A DNA stretch of 64,000 nucleotides from Candidatus Poribacteria bacterium (lineage in GTDB: Bacteria > Poribacteria > WGA-4E > WGA-3G). Made by a program: the position numbers and the translations under genes. Within the stretch, counting starts at the first letter, position 1, and the number at the start of each line of letters is the position of its first letter. The stretch covers positions 3,104,001 to 3,168,000 of the forward strand of contig OZ240248.1 of assembly GCA_965198235.1 (NCBI GenBank), in the 5' to 3' direction. Below, one piece after another: positions 29,541-39,237 of this stretch. Under the pieces are notes generated by a model, which saw only the letters and a program-made list of their open reading frames with translations, was not told where the DNA came from and ran no database searches.

Positions 29541-29681
29541 GTTGTGATCCTTTCCAAGTGAACGGTTCAGGATATGATAACAACATAACGGGATTTGTCA
29601 AGGCTTTGCTATTCCTCTGTAGGAGGGATCTCCGAATCCCGACGCTTACTGACCGATGACCGCCGAATAAAAAGATGGCAA

Positions 29682-29713
29682 CAAAAAAGGGACCGGTAAA
29701 ACCAGTCCCTTTT
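29682..29713 (-). terminator. Rho-independent terminator of the STAS gene
   Basis: gggaccggt-aaa-accagtccc hairpin followed by a T-tract on the minus strand. Confidence 0.7.
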
Positions 29714-29735
29714 GACATGCATTAAACGCTGCGTT

Positions 29736-30077
29736 CTATGCGGATAGTCCTGAAACCGCCGCATCCTCGTCGTTGTAATGCTCAAACATACTCACGAGAC
29801 GACTCAGAACGACCAGGTTTTTGATATGTTTGCCAACATGGATGACACCAATGCGCCCATTCTTTCGGGTTGTGAGCGCACGTGCCTCCATGAGAGCACC
29901 GAGTCCTGAACTGTCGATCATATTGACGTTCTCAAAGTTGATGAGGATACGTGGTGAATCAGATGTCTCTATCTGCGGCGCGATTGCCTCTCGTAATTCT
30001 AATGCTGAGGGTCCCACAATTCTTCCACTGGGTTCCAAAATCGCTACGCCGTCTTGCTGACGAATTTGAGTTGACAC
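29736..30077 (-). CDS. STAS domain anti-sigma factor antagonist
   Basis: INFENVNMIDSSGLGAL (phosphorylatable Ser motif); GTG start after AAGGAG. Confidence 0.9.
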   Translation of the reverse strand: MSTQIRQQDGVAILEPSGRIVGPSALELREAIAPQIETSDSPRILINFENVNMIDSSGLGALMEARALTTRKNGRIGVIHVGKHIKNLVVLSRLVSMFEHYNDEDAAVSGLSA

Positions 30078-30409
30078 TGTTTTTCTCCTTTTTCATTTAC
30101 GAAACCATTGAAAATGTATATTACTTTTTTTACTGTTTACGCAATTTGAATGTTCAATTGAAGCATTCGTTATTTTAGACGCATTTCCTCGAAAAAAGTT
30201 GGATTTTTTTCATTTTTTTTATGAATAACCCATTTTATAAATAATTCTTCAACTTTTTGAGGGATTTCCGAATCACGACGACCGATTGCTGACTGCTGAC
30301 CATCCTTCTTCTGTAGGAGCGAGTGTTTTTGCGGATTTCCCTGTGCTCGTGATTCTTACTGTAGGGGCAGGTCTTGTGCCTGCCCAAACATTACTGCTCT
30401 TACACGCAC

Positions 30410-30436
30410 AAAAAAAGGACCGGTAAAACCGGTCCT
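30410..30436 (-). terminator. Terminator paralogous to 29682-29713
   Basis: aggaccggt-aaa-accggtcct hairpin plus T-tract. Confidence 0.7.
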
Positions 30437-30464
30437 CATTTGACATAGCACTGAACTTTAGATA

Positions 30465-30764
30465 TTATGCGGATAATGCCGAAACTGCCGCATCTTCACT
30501 GTCGAACAGTTCAAACAGACGGACGAGTCGGTTGATAACAATCACATTTCTGATATGTTTGCCGAGATGAATGATTCCAATGCGGCCCTTCTTTTGAGTC
30601 GCAGTGACGTATGCTTCTATAAGGACACCGAGGCCGATACTGCCAATCCTATGGACCTTCTCGAAATTGATGCTGACGCGTCCAAAACACAGACAGACAT
30701 TGGGTTTATCAAAAAGCATAGTAACATTCACATTTTTCCAAAAAAACATGTCACTGAGAGATGG
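30465..30764 (-). CDS. Divergent or truncated STAS paralog (start uncertain; possible pseudogene)
   Basis: C-terminal about 70 aa (INFEKV..IGSIGLGVL...GRIGIIHLGKHI...EDAAVSALSA) align to the neighbouring STAS protein; the N-terminus does not. Confidence 0.55.
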   Translation of the reverse strand, partial: PSLSDMFFWKNVNVTMLFDKPNVCLCFGRVSINFEKVHRIGSIGLGVLIEAYVTATQKKGRIGIIHLGKHIRNVIVINRLVRLFELFDSEDAAVSALSA

Positions 30765-30931
30765 CATCTGTCGTTTCCTATGCGAATACGCAAAAATTGT
30801 TGGGTATCCCACAAAAATTACGTTGACGAAGTTTGATAAAGTCGTCCGTTGGGTTGAACGCGTATGAAACCGAGCATCTCCACTACCGGCAGCTGATGGC
30901 TGATCGCTGATAGCTAATCCGAAAAAATAAT

Positions 30932-30960
30932 TTGACACAATCAACGGGTTGTGTGATAAT
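30932..30960 (+). promoter_or_regulatory. sigma70-type promoter
   Basis: TTGACA-17 nt-GATAAT upstream of the VOC gene. Confidence 0.6.
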
Positions 30961-31031
30961 TACATATCCTATACCACATTTCAACTCGCGCGTGACAGGC
31001 GCGCTTCTTCTAAGGAAAGGAAATTCTAATT

Positions 31032-31403
31032 ATGGCAGTTACATTTCACCACGTCCATCTTCGGTGCGAGGACCTGGACGGCGCAATTCGTTATTATGAA
31101 GAGATGTTTGACGGGAAAGTCACGGAAAAGGTTGAGGTCCGCGGGTTACCAATCACACGAATGGAGATTGGTGGCGAACGGATCTTCCTCTCCCCTAAAT
31201 TGGGAGACCTGGAGGTGGAGGACACCAGTGGGAATCCACGTTGGGGTGTCTATCAACTCGCCTTTACTGTAGAAGACCTCGACGCTGAGGTCGCGAAGCT
31301 CCAAGCGAAGGGCGCGGAACTCGAAAATTTGAAACCCAATGGACTCATGATGGCGTTTTTCAAGGGACCCGACAACGTTCAAATTGAACTCATTGAGGCT
31401 TAA
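31032..31403 (+). CDS. VOC family (glyoxalase-like) protein
   Basis: HHVHLRCEDL, LAFTVEDL and FFKGPDNVQIELI motifs. Confidence 0.9.
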   Translation: MAVTFHHVHLRCEDLDGAIRYYEEMFDGKVTEKVEVRGLPITRMEIGGERIFLSPKLGDLEVEDTSGNPRWGVYQLAFTVEDLDAEVAKLQAKGAELENLKPNGLMMAFFKGPDNVQIELIEA

Positions 31404-31540
31404 TCGTTTGCGGAAATCACTACCTCGCACCGTTCGTAAATAGTACTTGCGTCTAATTCCTCAAAATCGAAGACCGACCTAACAAGATGCTGGCATCTAA
31501 CGCATCGTCGTGACTGAACGCTTAGCGAGGGGACAAAAGT

Positions 31541-32221
31541 ATGAAATTTAGCGAACTCTTCCATACGATTCAGGGAGAAGGGCAACTTATCGGTGTCCCC
31601 TCTGTTTTCTTCCGAACGAGTTATTGCAATCTGAGATGTGTTTGGTGTGATACACCTTACACATCTTGGAAGCCTGAAAACCGGGACATCTCTGTCGCTG
31701 AAAGCGTTGCCGCGATCTCGCAATACGGCTGTAAGCATGTCGTTATTACCGGTGGAGAGCCGTTTATTCAAGCGAGGGAGTTGATGATGCTCTGTGAGGA
31801 ATTGGATACGCGGGGACACCACATCACGATTGAAACGAATGCCACGCTCTTCGCAGCGGTCGCCGCGCATCTCATTTCCATGAGTCCCAAGTTGCGTAAC
31901 TCTAATCCGCCAACAGACAACCGATTTTTCAAACGCCACGAACGTGGACGCATCCGTCCCGACGTTATCCGCAAGTTTTTAGATAAATATCCGTGCCAAG
32001 TGAAGTTTGTCGTGGATACACCTAAAGATTTAGCGGAGATCCAAGCGTTACAGACGGAGATTGATATTCCTGCCGAGACAATCCTTTTGATGCCGCAAGG
32101 AACAACACCCGCCATGCTACAACAGAAACAGGAGTGGTTGGTGGATCTTTGCAAAGAGAACGGATATCGCTATTCCCCTCGTGTGCACGTGGATATATGG
32201 GGCGATAAACGCGGTGTCTGA
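31541..32221 (+). CDS. queE: 7-carboxy-7-deazaguanine synthase (radical SAM)
   Basis: TIQGEG, CNLRCVWCDT, ITGGEP, IETN, SPK and PRVH motifs. Confidence 0.92.
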   Translation: MKFSELFHTIQGEGQLIGVPSVFFRTSYCNLRCVWCDTPYTSWKPENRDISVAESVAAISQYGCKHVVITGGEPFIQARELMMLCEELDTRGHHITIETNATLFAAVAAHLISMSPKLRNSNPPTDNRFFKRHERGRIRPDVIRKFLDKYPCQVKFVVDTPKDLAEIQALQTEIDIPAETILLMPQGTTPAMLQQKQEWLVDLCKENGYRYSPRVHVDIWGDKRGV

Positions 32222-32330
32222 CTTCTTACCTATTAATGTTTATTTTTCTGTAGGAGCGAGCTCTGCTCGCGATCCTGACTGATAGCCGACAGCTGATGGT
32301 TATTCTACTGACAGCCCATGAGGGACGGAA

Positions 32331-33446
32331 ATGAATTATGATATTCTACTAAAAGGTGGCACTGTCATTGATGCCGCACAGAACTTGAATACAGTCTGCG
32401 ATGTCGCAATTACTGGCGGTGTCATCGCGGCTATTGAACAGGATATTCCCGAAGGTGCAGCGACACAGACCATCAATGTTAAGGATAAATTCGTGACACC
32501 CGGACTCGTTGATATCCACACGCATGTCTATTACGGTGTAACGACATGGGGCATCAGAGCCGACGGGGTTTGCCCAACAGCCGGAACGACCACCGTTGTC
32601 GATGCTGGCAGCCCAAGTTGGGTGACATTCCCCGGCTTCCGTGAATTCATTGCTGAACCCGCGCAGACGAACATTCTCACCTATATCCACATCTCCGGGA
32701 TTGGGCTTGTCTATGGACCTATCGGTGAAATGCACGATATAGCTTATGCCAACCCGGGACGCGTTGCGGAGACTTTACAAGCACATCGGGATATGACCGT
32801 CGGTGTCAAGGTGCGTCAGGGTAAAATGCAGGTTGGCGATAACGGCGTTGAACCGCTGAAACTTGCCATTGAAGCCGCCGAACGCGCAGAAACGCCCGTC
32901 ATGTGCCATATCGGTGCCGGCGTGCCGCTTCCTGACATTCTACGGTTACTGCGTCCGGGCGATGTTATTACCCACTGCTTCCAAGGCAACGGTGATAATA
33001 TTGTTGACGAGAAGGGGAGAGTGATTCCTGAAGCCTGGAAGGCTCGCGAAGATGGTATTATCTTTGATGTTGGGCACGGAGCAGGTAGTTTCCGTTATGA
33101 GATCGCACAACGCGCGATGGAACAAGGCTTCATCTCTGATGTTATCAGTACCGATCTCCACACGGGCAACATCAACGGACCCGTCTACGATTTACCGACC
33201 GTCCTATCGAAGTTGATGCACTTGGGACTCTCGCTTGAGGACGTGATTGAGAAGGCGACTTTCAGTGCCGCAAAGGCTATCCGGCGTGAGGAGCAACTCG
33301 GTCACCTGAAAGTTGGAACCGTCGCCGATGTCGCAGTCTTTGAAGTCCTGGACGGTGAATTTGAATTCTTTGACACACACGGCACTAAGTTTATCGGCAA
33401 TAAAAAATTGAAAGCGGCGTTGACAATACGTGAAGGAAAAGTTTAA
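32331..33446 (+). CDS. Amidohydrolase/deacetylase family metallohydrolase (dihydroorotase-like)
   Basis: PGLVDIHTH, GVKVR, THC, DVGHGAGSF and ISTDLH motifs. Confidence 0.9.
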   Translation: MNYDILLKGGTVIDAAQNLNTVCDVAITGGVIAAIEQDIPEGAATQTINVKDKFVTPGLVDIHTHVYYGVTTWGIRADGVCPTAGTTTVVDAGSPSWVTFPGFREFIAEPAQTNILTYIHISGIGLVYGPIGEMHDIAYANPGRVAETLQAHRDMTVGVKVRQGKMQVGDNGVEPLKLAIEAAERAETPVMCHIGAGVPLPDILRLLRPGDVITHCFQGNGDNIVDEKGRVIPEAWKAREDGIIFDVGHGAGSFRYEIAQRAMEQGFISDVISTDLHTGNINGPVYDLPTVLSKLMHLGLSLEDVIEKATFSAAKAIRREEQLGHLKVGTVADVAVFEVLDGEFEFFDTHGTKFIGNKKLKAALTIREGKV

Positions 33447-33454
33447 ATACAAAC

Positions 33455-33856
33455 ATGGCGAGTACGAACAAAAAACTAAGCGGGTGTTATAGACGGGTAC
33501 TGACTTTCGTGTTAGCGATTGTGGCTGTCGGTTTAATCGCGGGTGGCGTGATTTACCGCCGAGTCGGCGGTCCTGAAGGCGGACGCTATTGGATGGCAGA
33601 ACGTGCACTGAGCGGTGTAGAAAAGCATCTTAAGTCAAAAAATCGGCCCGATGGTATCTCAGAAGATCAGGTCATTGCAGTCTTTGCGAACGTGCGCGAG
33701 GCAGTCAAGAAACGGAAAGTTGACCTAACATCCCTTTACAGGGTGCTGAAATTGTATCAGACCGAGTTTCATACCACAAAACCCTCGACTCCTGAAGTAC
33801 AAGTGTTTCTTATCGAACTTGAGAGGACAATTCTTAAGGATACAATTAAAGAGTGA
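33455..33856 (+). CDS. Membrane-anchored hypothetical protein
   Basis: Single N-terminal hydrophobic segment; 8 nt downstream of the previous gene. Confidence 0.65.
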   Translation: MASTNKKLSGCYRRVLTFVLAIVAVGLIAGGVIYRRVGGPEGGRYWMAERALSGVEKHLKSKNRPDGISEDQVIAVFANVREAVKKRKVDLTSLYRVLKLYQTEFHTTKPSTPEVQVFLIELERTILKDTIKE

Positions 33857-34014
33857 TGCTTAACACCACCTACGTCCACACCTAAGTGAATTTTCCCAAC
33901 GCCGCGGCTCTTAGATGGACGACGTGCCTTTCTTCGCTGGCGGGGTTTCCTGGGGAAATCCGCAGAAATACCTCGCCTACTGATAACTGACGACTGAACA
34001 CTGAAAACTCAGAT

Positions 34015-35076
34015 TTATGCACCACCCTCGCGTTGATTGGCAATCATCTCTCGAATTTGAGTTGTGTGAACGTCGTCGCTCAGATCCGTATGAGTAACCT
34101 GCCTAAGTGCCCTTTGATATCTCACCTTGGGATCACCCCATGCCTTGAGGAGTGTTCTGCCTCCGGAGGCTTCCGGTTGTGCCACTGCCCGTAAAATTTG
34201 ATGAATAACCGAGAGGTAAAAGAGGAGATGATGACTATCAACACGTGCCGCGATCTCCGCAGGTGAACAGGTTTCACGGTGAGAGGTAACCCACTCCGTA
34301 TAAGCGTCGACCAATTCTCGATTTAACAGTGAGACGAAGTTTGCCCCTTCCTGGTTTGCCCCGATACTATTAAAAAATTGGACCAACCGCCGTTCCTGCC
34401 AATCCCAACCAACACTCGAAAAGTCAATTAAAAAAGGGATTTCATCGGAAATCACGATGTTCCGGCACTGATAGTCGAGACTATCGAGTGTCGGCGGTGC
34501 CGTTCGGAGTCGGTTCAAAAGAGCAGTCCATGCCGCATCAAGATGTGCCGTTTGTGATGAGGTCATAGAGTTACCGAGATAACTGAGTGTTTTTCTGCCG
34601 TGTTCAAGGAAACGGTTCAGGGTAATGTCCAGATCATAACGAAAGACGTACGGCGTAAGAAGTTCCGTGTTTTCTGCGAAAACGGTTTCAATCCGGCAGA
34701 GTTCCATAAGTGCGGTCCGCAAAATCGGTTTGAGAGTAGATACCGGTCTGCTTTGTGCCATGGCATCGAGCGTCAATTCGCCGCACCATTCCAACAATAG
34801 GACATGAGAGCCTTCCGATTTCCAAATAATTTTCGGGACACGACACGCATTGCGATGTAATATTGACAGGACGGTGGACTCAATTTGACAAGGGGTATAG
34901 CCGGCGTTAACAACCGGTGTGGTGATGTCGTGTTGTTTGAGCAGGTAGCTCACAGAACCGAGTTTTAGACGACAGACATTGTGTTTTTGCTGACTGCCAT
35001 GCTGAATCGGTTCAAGTTTCAGAGCATCTACCTCTGTTTTGAAATGCGCTGCGATCTGTTCAATAAGATGTTTCAT
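34015..35076 (-). CDS. Aminoglycoside phosphotransferase/kinase-like protein
   Basis: YLLK, VPKI, LLLE, DYQCRN (DxxxxN) and IDF motifs; AGGAG RBS. Confidence 0.75.
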   Translation of the reverse strand: MKHLIEQIAAHFKTEVDALKLEPIQHGSQQKHNVCRLKLGSVSYLLKQHDITTPVVNAGYTPCQIESTVLSILHRNACRVPKIIWKSEGSHVLLLEWCGELTLDAMAQSRPVSTLKPILRTALMELCRIETVFAENTELLTPYVFRYDLDITLNRFLEHGRKTLSYLGNSMTSSQTAHLDAAWTALLNRLRTAPPTLDSLDYQCRNIVISDEIPFLIDFSSVGWDWQERRLVQFFNSIGANQEGANFVSLLNRELVDAYTEWVTSHRETCSPAEIAARVDSHHLLFYLSVIHQILRAVAQPEASGGRTLLKAWGDPKVRYQRALRQVTHTDLSDDVHTTQIREMIANQREGGA

Positions 35077-35131
35077 CTTTGTCTCTCCTGTTGTTTTATA
35101 TCACAGAACCCGTCCCGAATCTACAATTTTC

Positions 35132-35160
35132 TTGACATCAGTTAAGACGTGTGTTATAAA
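35132..35160 (+). promoter_or_regulatory. sigma70-type promoter of the rpsB operon
   Basis: TTGACA-17 nt-TATAAA with an extended -10 TG. Confidence 0.6.
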
Positions 35161-35373
35161 TACTTGAAATTCAATCGTTTCTGTGGTAAAATATTTACAT
35201 CAACTCTGATGAAAAACGTTCATCGGGAGTTACACAATCAATACTGGATACGACACACCTCTCGATCTGCACAGTGGGTTCTCTCGTGTTGAGAGTCTGA
35301 TGCAGATGTGAAGGAGGTGGACGCGAAAACCCGGTAGGGGCGGCGTTGCCCCTGCAAACTTAGGAGGTTTTTT

Positions 35374-36279
35374 TTGGCAGTTACAATGAAAGAACTCCTT
35401 GAATGTGGAGTTCACTTCGGACATCAAACCCGTCGTTGGAATCCGAAGATGGCAGAGTACATCTTCGCTGAACGAAACGGGATTTATATTATTGATTTGC
35501 AAAAGACGCTACGAATGCTTGAAACCGCCGTTGATTTCGTTGCAGAAATCGCGTCGAAGGGTGGTGGCGTATTATTTGTCGGCACGAAACGGCAATCCCA
35601 AGAAGCCGTGCGAGGCGAGGCGGTTCGGTCTAGCATGTACCACGTAAATCATCGGTGGCTCGGCGGTATGCTGACGAATTTCCAAACCATCCGTCGGAGC
35701 GTCAACCGGTTGGATAAACTGGATGCTGATGAAGTCAACGGGATTTTTGATCAGATGCCCAAAAAAGAAGTAATGCGTCTGAGACGTGAGAAAGGCAAAC
35801 TCGACAACAACCTTAGTGGAGTTAGAGAGATGAAGAAGCTCCCTGAAGTCGTCATTGTTACCGACACGCGGAAAGAGCATACAGCTATCGCAGAGGCAAA
35901 CAAACTCGGCATTCCAATCATCGCTATCGTTGATACCAACTGCGATCCTGATCCGATTGACTTGCCGGTTCCGGGTAACGATGACGCTATCCGTTCGATT
36001 CGTCTCATCTGCACTGTCTTAGCCGATGCAGTCATTAATGGCAGAGGAGATGCCTTGGAAGGCGCAGAGGTCGCAACGGAAACAGAGCAGCCCAAAAAGG
36101 CTGTGGCACAGGTAGATGCTATAATTGAAGTGGAAAAGCACGAGGAAGAAAGTGCCGCGATTCTGGAACAAGCGCAACTGTCCGCAGAGCCAGAGGCGAT
36201 TGGCGATGGGGAACAGCGTCAGACACGGGCGCCACGTCAACGACGGAGGGGAAGGGCACCTCGGCGACAGCCTCAATAA
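35374..36279 (+). CDS. rpsB: 30S ribosomal protein S2
   Basis: [30 protein letters not shown] and PGNDDAIRS motifs; TTG start after AGGAGG. Confidence 0.98.
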   Translation: MAVTMKELLECGVHFGHQTRRWNPKMAEYIFAERNGIYIIDLQKTLRMLETAVDFVAEIASKGGGVLFVGTKRQSQEAVRGEAVRSSMYHVNHRWLGGMLTNFQTIRRSVNRLDKLDADEVNGIFDQMPKKEVMRLRREKGKLDNNLSGVREMKKLPEVVIVTDTRKEHTAIAEANKLGIPIIAIVDTNCDPDPIDLPVPGNDDAIRSIRLICTVLADAVINGRGDALEGAEVATETEQPKKAVAQVDAIIEVEKHEEESAAILEQAQLSAEPEAIGDGEQRQTRAPRQRRRGRAPRRQPQ

Positions 36280-36501
36280 ATTTCTATGAAGCAAAGATAG
36301 CCGTCAGCAGTCAGGGCGTTCGCTACCCTCACTCTCAGCGGTCAGACTTCGGCAATCAGCCTTCGGTAAGAGAATCTGGGGACAGGTAGGTAGTATCTGT
36401 CTCCCACAACTGCTGAAGGTTTCCGATACGCTGATTGCTGAAAGTGAACGAAGTGAGCGTGCTGACAGCCGATAGCTAAAGATAAAATAAGAGGAGGATA
36501 A

Positions 36502-37095
36502 ATGGCAATTACAGCAAAGCTTGTTAGCGACCTCCGTTCGCGCACGGGGGCAGGGATTATGGACTGCAAAAAGGCGCTAACAGAGACGAACGGAAATATT
36601 GACGAAGCGATTCAGAAATTACGGGAGCAGGGATTGAAAGCTTCCGAGATCAAAGGCGGTAGACCGGCAGAAGAAGGATTGATTGTTTCCTATATCCATC
36701 CCGGTAGCCGTGTCGGTACGTTAGTCGAACTGAATTGCGAAACCGATTTCGTCGCACGAACGGAGCCATTCCAAAAGTTGGCGAAAGAGATCGCGATGCA
36801 GGTCGCAGCCGCAAAACCGAAATATATTAAATCGGAAGATGTACCTGCCGAAGATCTTGAAGCAGAGAAAACGATTCTGAAAGCACAAGCCGAGCAGGAG
36901 GGTAAACCTGCCCACATCGCTGAACGGATTGTTGAAGGCCGAATCTCTAAATACTATACGGAGACCTGTCTTCTACAGCAGCCTTATATCCGAGATTCAG
37001 ACAAAACCGTCGATACCCTCGTAAAGGACGCAATCGCCCAATTGGGTGAGAACATTGTCGTCAAACGTTTTGTGCTCTATGTACTTGGACAGTAG
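36502..37095 (+). CDS. tsf: Elongation factor Ts (short form)
   Basis: LRSRTGAGIMDCKKAL and ELNCETDFVAR motifs. Confidence 0.98.
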   Translation: MAITAKLVSDLRSRTGAGIMDCKKALTETNGNIDEAIQKLREQGLKASEIKGGRPAEEGLIVSYIHPGSRVGTLVELNCETDFVARTEPFQKLAKEIAMQVAAAKPKYIKSEDVPAEDLEAEKTILKAQAEQEGKPAHIAERIVEGRISKYYTETCLLQQPYIRDSDKTVDTLVKDAIAQLGENIVVKRFVLYVLGQ

Positions 37096-37483
37096 AGGTC
37101 CAGGAGCATTTATGGTGAATTGTCAAAATATATAGAATTTCAGTCGGTAGGGGTCTAACATATACTTCTCCTCCGCTGGCGAGGTTTCATGAGGTTTCAG
37201 AAAATATTTCATTAATTCTATCCCAAAAAATCACTGTAGGGGGGTTTTGCTTGGGGGTTTCCCCAAGTCTTGTGCCTGCCCACACATTACTATGGTTTGG
37301 TGGCTTGTGTATGGATTACACTCATAGTTTCGAGTTCGAGGCTACGAGTTGACTGAAGGATACTAACTGAAAAGGTAAAAGCACTTCTTCCATCGCGACC
37401 CTTGCAGCCAACTGTTATGGGACCCTCGTGGGTTCTTTGTATTGTTGCATAGGCGTTCGCGATGTCTCATAGGGAAAAATCAG

Positions 37484-38071
37484 ATGCAACAACAAATTCT
37501 TCAACAGACTGAGTCCCGGATGAAGAAGACAGTCGAAGCAACAGTAGCGAAATTGTCGCATGTGCAAACAGGGCGTGCTACACCGGCACTCTTGGATCAG
37601 GTTAGCGTTACTTATTACGGTAGCAAAAGTCCGCTGAGTCAGGTCGGCACGATTACCACCCCTGAGCCCCGGCTGCTTGTCATTCAACCTTGGGACAAAA
37701 CGCTAATTACAGAAATTGAGAAAGCAATCGCTCACTCGGATTTGGGACTCTCAACGAGCAATGACGGAAACGTTATCCGAATCCAAGTTCCCGAACTCAC
37801 ATTGGAGCGCAGGACCGAGCTAACGAAGGTCGTACGTAAACTTGCCGAAGAGGGTAAGGTCGCAATTCGGAATATCCGCCGCGATGCCAACGAAGCCGTT
37901 AAAAAAGGTGACGGTAGCGATACGAGTGGCAGCGGTAAAAGCAGAGGTCGTGGTGGTGATAAGAAGCGTGGAAAAGCGAGCGCGGATCCCGTTCAGCAGC
38001 TTACGGATAGGTACATCGACCAGATTAACGAGTTGACGGAGGCGAAAGAATCCGATTTATTAGAAACTTAG
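37484..38071 (+). CDS. frr: Ribosome recycling factor
   Basis: TGRATPALLD, QPWD, PELTLERR and AIRNIRRDAN motifs. Confidence 0.95.
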   Translation: MQQQILQQTESRMKKTVEATVAKLSHVQTGRATPALLDQVSVTYYGSKSPLSQVGTITTPEPRLLVIQPWDKTLITEIEKAIAHSDLGLSTSNDGNVIRIQVPELTLERRTELTKVVRKLAEEGKVAIRNIRRDANEAVKKGDGSDTSGSGKSRGRGGDKKRGKASADPVQQLTDRYIDQINELTEAKESDLLET

Positions 38072-38226
38072 ATTGCGGTGGCTATAATGATACGCGTGAT
38101 CATTCCTTGTGCGCGGTGTAGGGGACCTTCTTAAAAAAAGCGTATAAGTTCCCAGTCGCGTCGGAATTAATCGGAAACCATCATGTTTCGTAGAAATATG
38201 ATGCGCGGAGGCCCCATAGTTAAAAA

Positions 38227-39057
38227 ATGTTTTGGCGGCGAGCCTTGAGTGTGGTTGTGCTGGTACCGTTAGTCCTCCTAATTGTTTATACGGGGGATTG
38301 GCTCTACCTGATACTTGTATCTGTCGCCGTGGTGATGATGCAAGTCGAGTACTGTCGTTTAGCACAGCACTTCACGGAAAAATTGAATCCAGTGATACCG
38401 GCACTCTTGACAGGTGTGTTCTGTTTATTCGCGTATTTTTTGCCTGCACTTACACAGACAGCGTCTGCCTCGACGGTAATATTCAGTTACTTTACCTTCG
38501 TATTCATTTATATTTTCGCAGAAAGTATTTTTAGGGCGAAGGTCGCCGGTGAATTGCTCGCTGTCACGCTGAAGCTAACCGGTATTTTAACGATCGGTTG
38601 GGCATTAGGCTACCATCTCATCTTGCTCCGAAATGCGGAACCAATCGGTAGGCAACTTATTTTCCTATTGGCTGGAATCATTTGGTGTAGCGATACCGGC
38701 GCGTATCTTGTTGGCAGAGCGTTCGGTAAACACAAACTCGGCACGCCAGTCAGTCCACGAAAGACGATTGAGGGGACTATTGGTGGATTGGTTGTAGGCA
38801 CTTTGACGAGTTTCCTGCTGAGTGCAATCCTTCTCAAAGGAACGCTCTCTTGGGGGAACGCCGTCTTTATTGGACTCCTACTGAGCGTTTTGGGACAACT
38901 TGGAGATCTCAGTGCCTCTCTGATGAAGCGAACTGCTGGTGTTAAGGACTCCGGACACGTTATCCCTGGACACGGTGGATTCATTGATAGGTGCGACAGC
39001 CTAATTTTTAGCACACCCGTGCTCTATTACTATCTGGCATTGACGGGACACTTTTAA
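38227..39057 (+). CDS. cdsA: Phosphatidate cytidylyltransferase
   Basis: DTGAY, SPRKTIEG and KDSGHVIPGHGGFIDRCDS motifs. Confidence 0.95.
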   Translation: MFWRRALSVVVLVPLVLLIVYTGDWLYLILVSVAVVMMQVEYCRLAQHFTEKLNPVIPALLTGVFCLFAYFLPALTQTASASTVIFSYFTFVFIYIFAESIFRAKVAGELLAVTLKLTGILTIGWALGYHLILLRNAEPIGRQLIFLLAGIIWCSDTGAYLVGRAFGKHKLGTPVSPRKTIEGTIGGLVVGTLTSFLLSAILLKGTLSWGNAVFIGLLLSVLGQLGDLSASLMKRTAGVKDSGHVIPGHGGFIDRCDSLIFSTPVLYYYLALTGHF

Positions 39058-39237
39058 ACTATTAACTCTGGGCGTTGTTCCACTTCGTTTCACAACGGTT
39101 TTTGGTGAAGTCTAACCGTCTCTGGATGATGAGCGGATAAAAAGTCTTAAAAACTGTACATTTCCCCGGTCGCGTTGGAATTAACCAGACACCATCGTGG
39201 AACGATGTCCAGGGACCCATAGTTAAAAGTTAAAAAA
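39052..39237. mobile_element. MITE-like intergenic element with imperfect inverted termini ending in TTAAAA
   Basis: The left end ttttaaactattaactctgggcgttgttccacttcgtttcac overlaps the cdsA stop. The right end accatcgtggaacgatgtccagggacccatagttaaaa lies just before the dxr ATG. Related ends occur at more than ten gene boundaries. Confidence 0.65.

Noticed and set aside
31541-32221. queE as part of a 7-deazaguanine DNA-modification (dpd) island
   Set aside because: No dpdA/tgt, queC, queD or folE nearby; ordinary queuosine synthesis is the simpler reading.
35230-35373. rpsB leader as a novel RNA
   Set aside because: A structured autoregulatory leader is expected upstream of rpsB, and I could not define a specific fold.
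37310-37440. Possible ncRNA or pyrH remnant between tsf and frr
   Set aside because: Only weak complementarity and no recognisable UMP kinase peptide; not supportable by eye.
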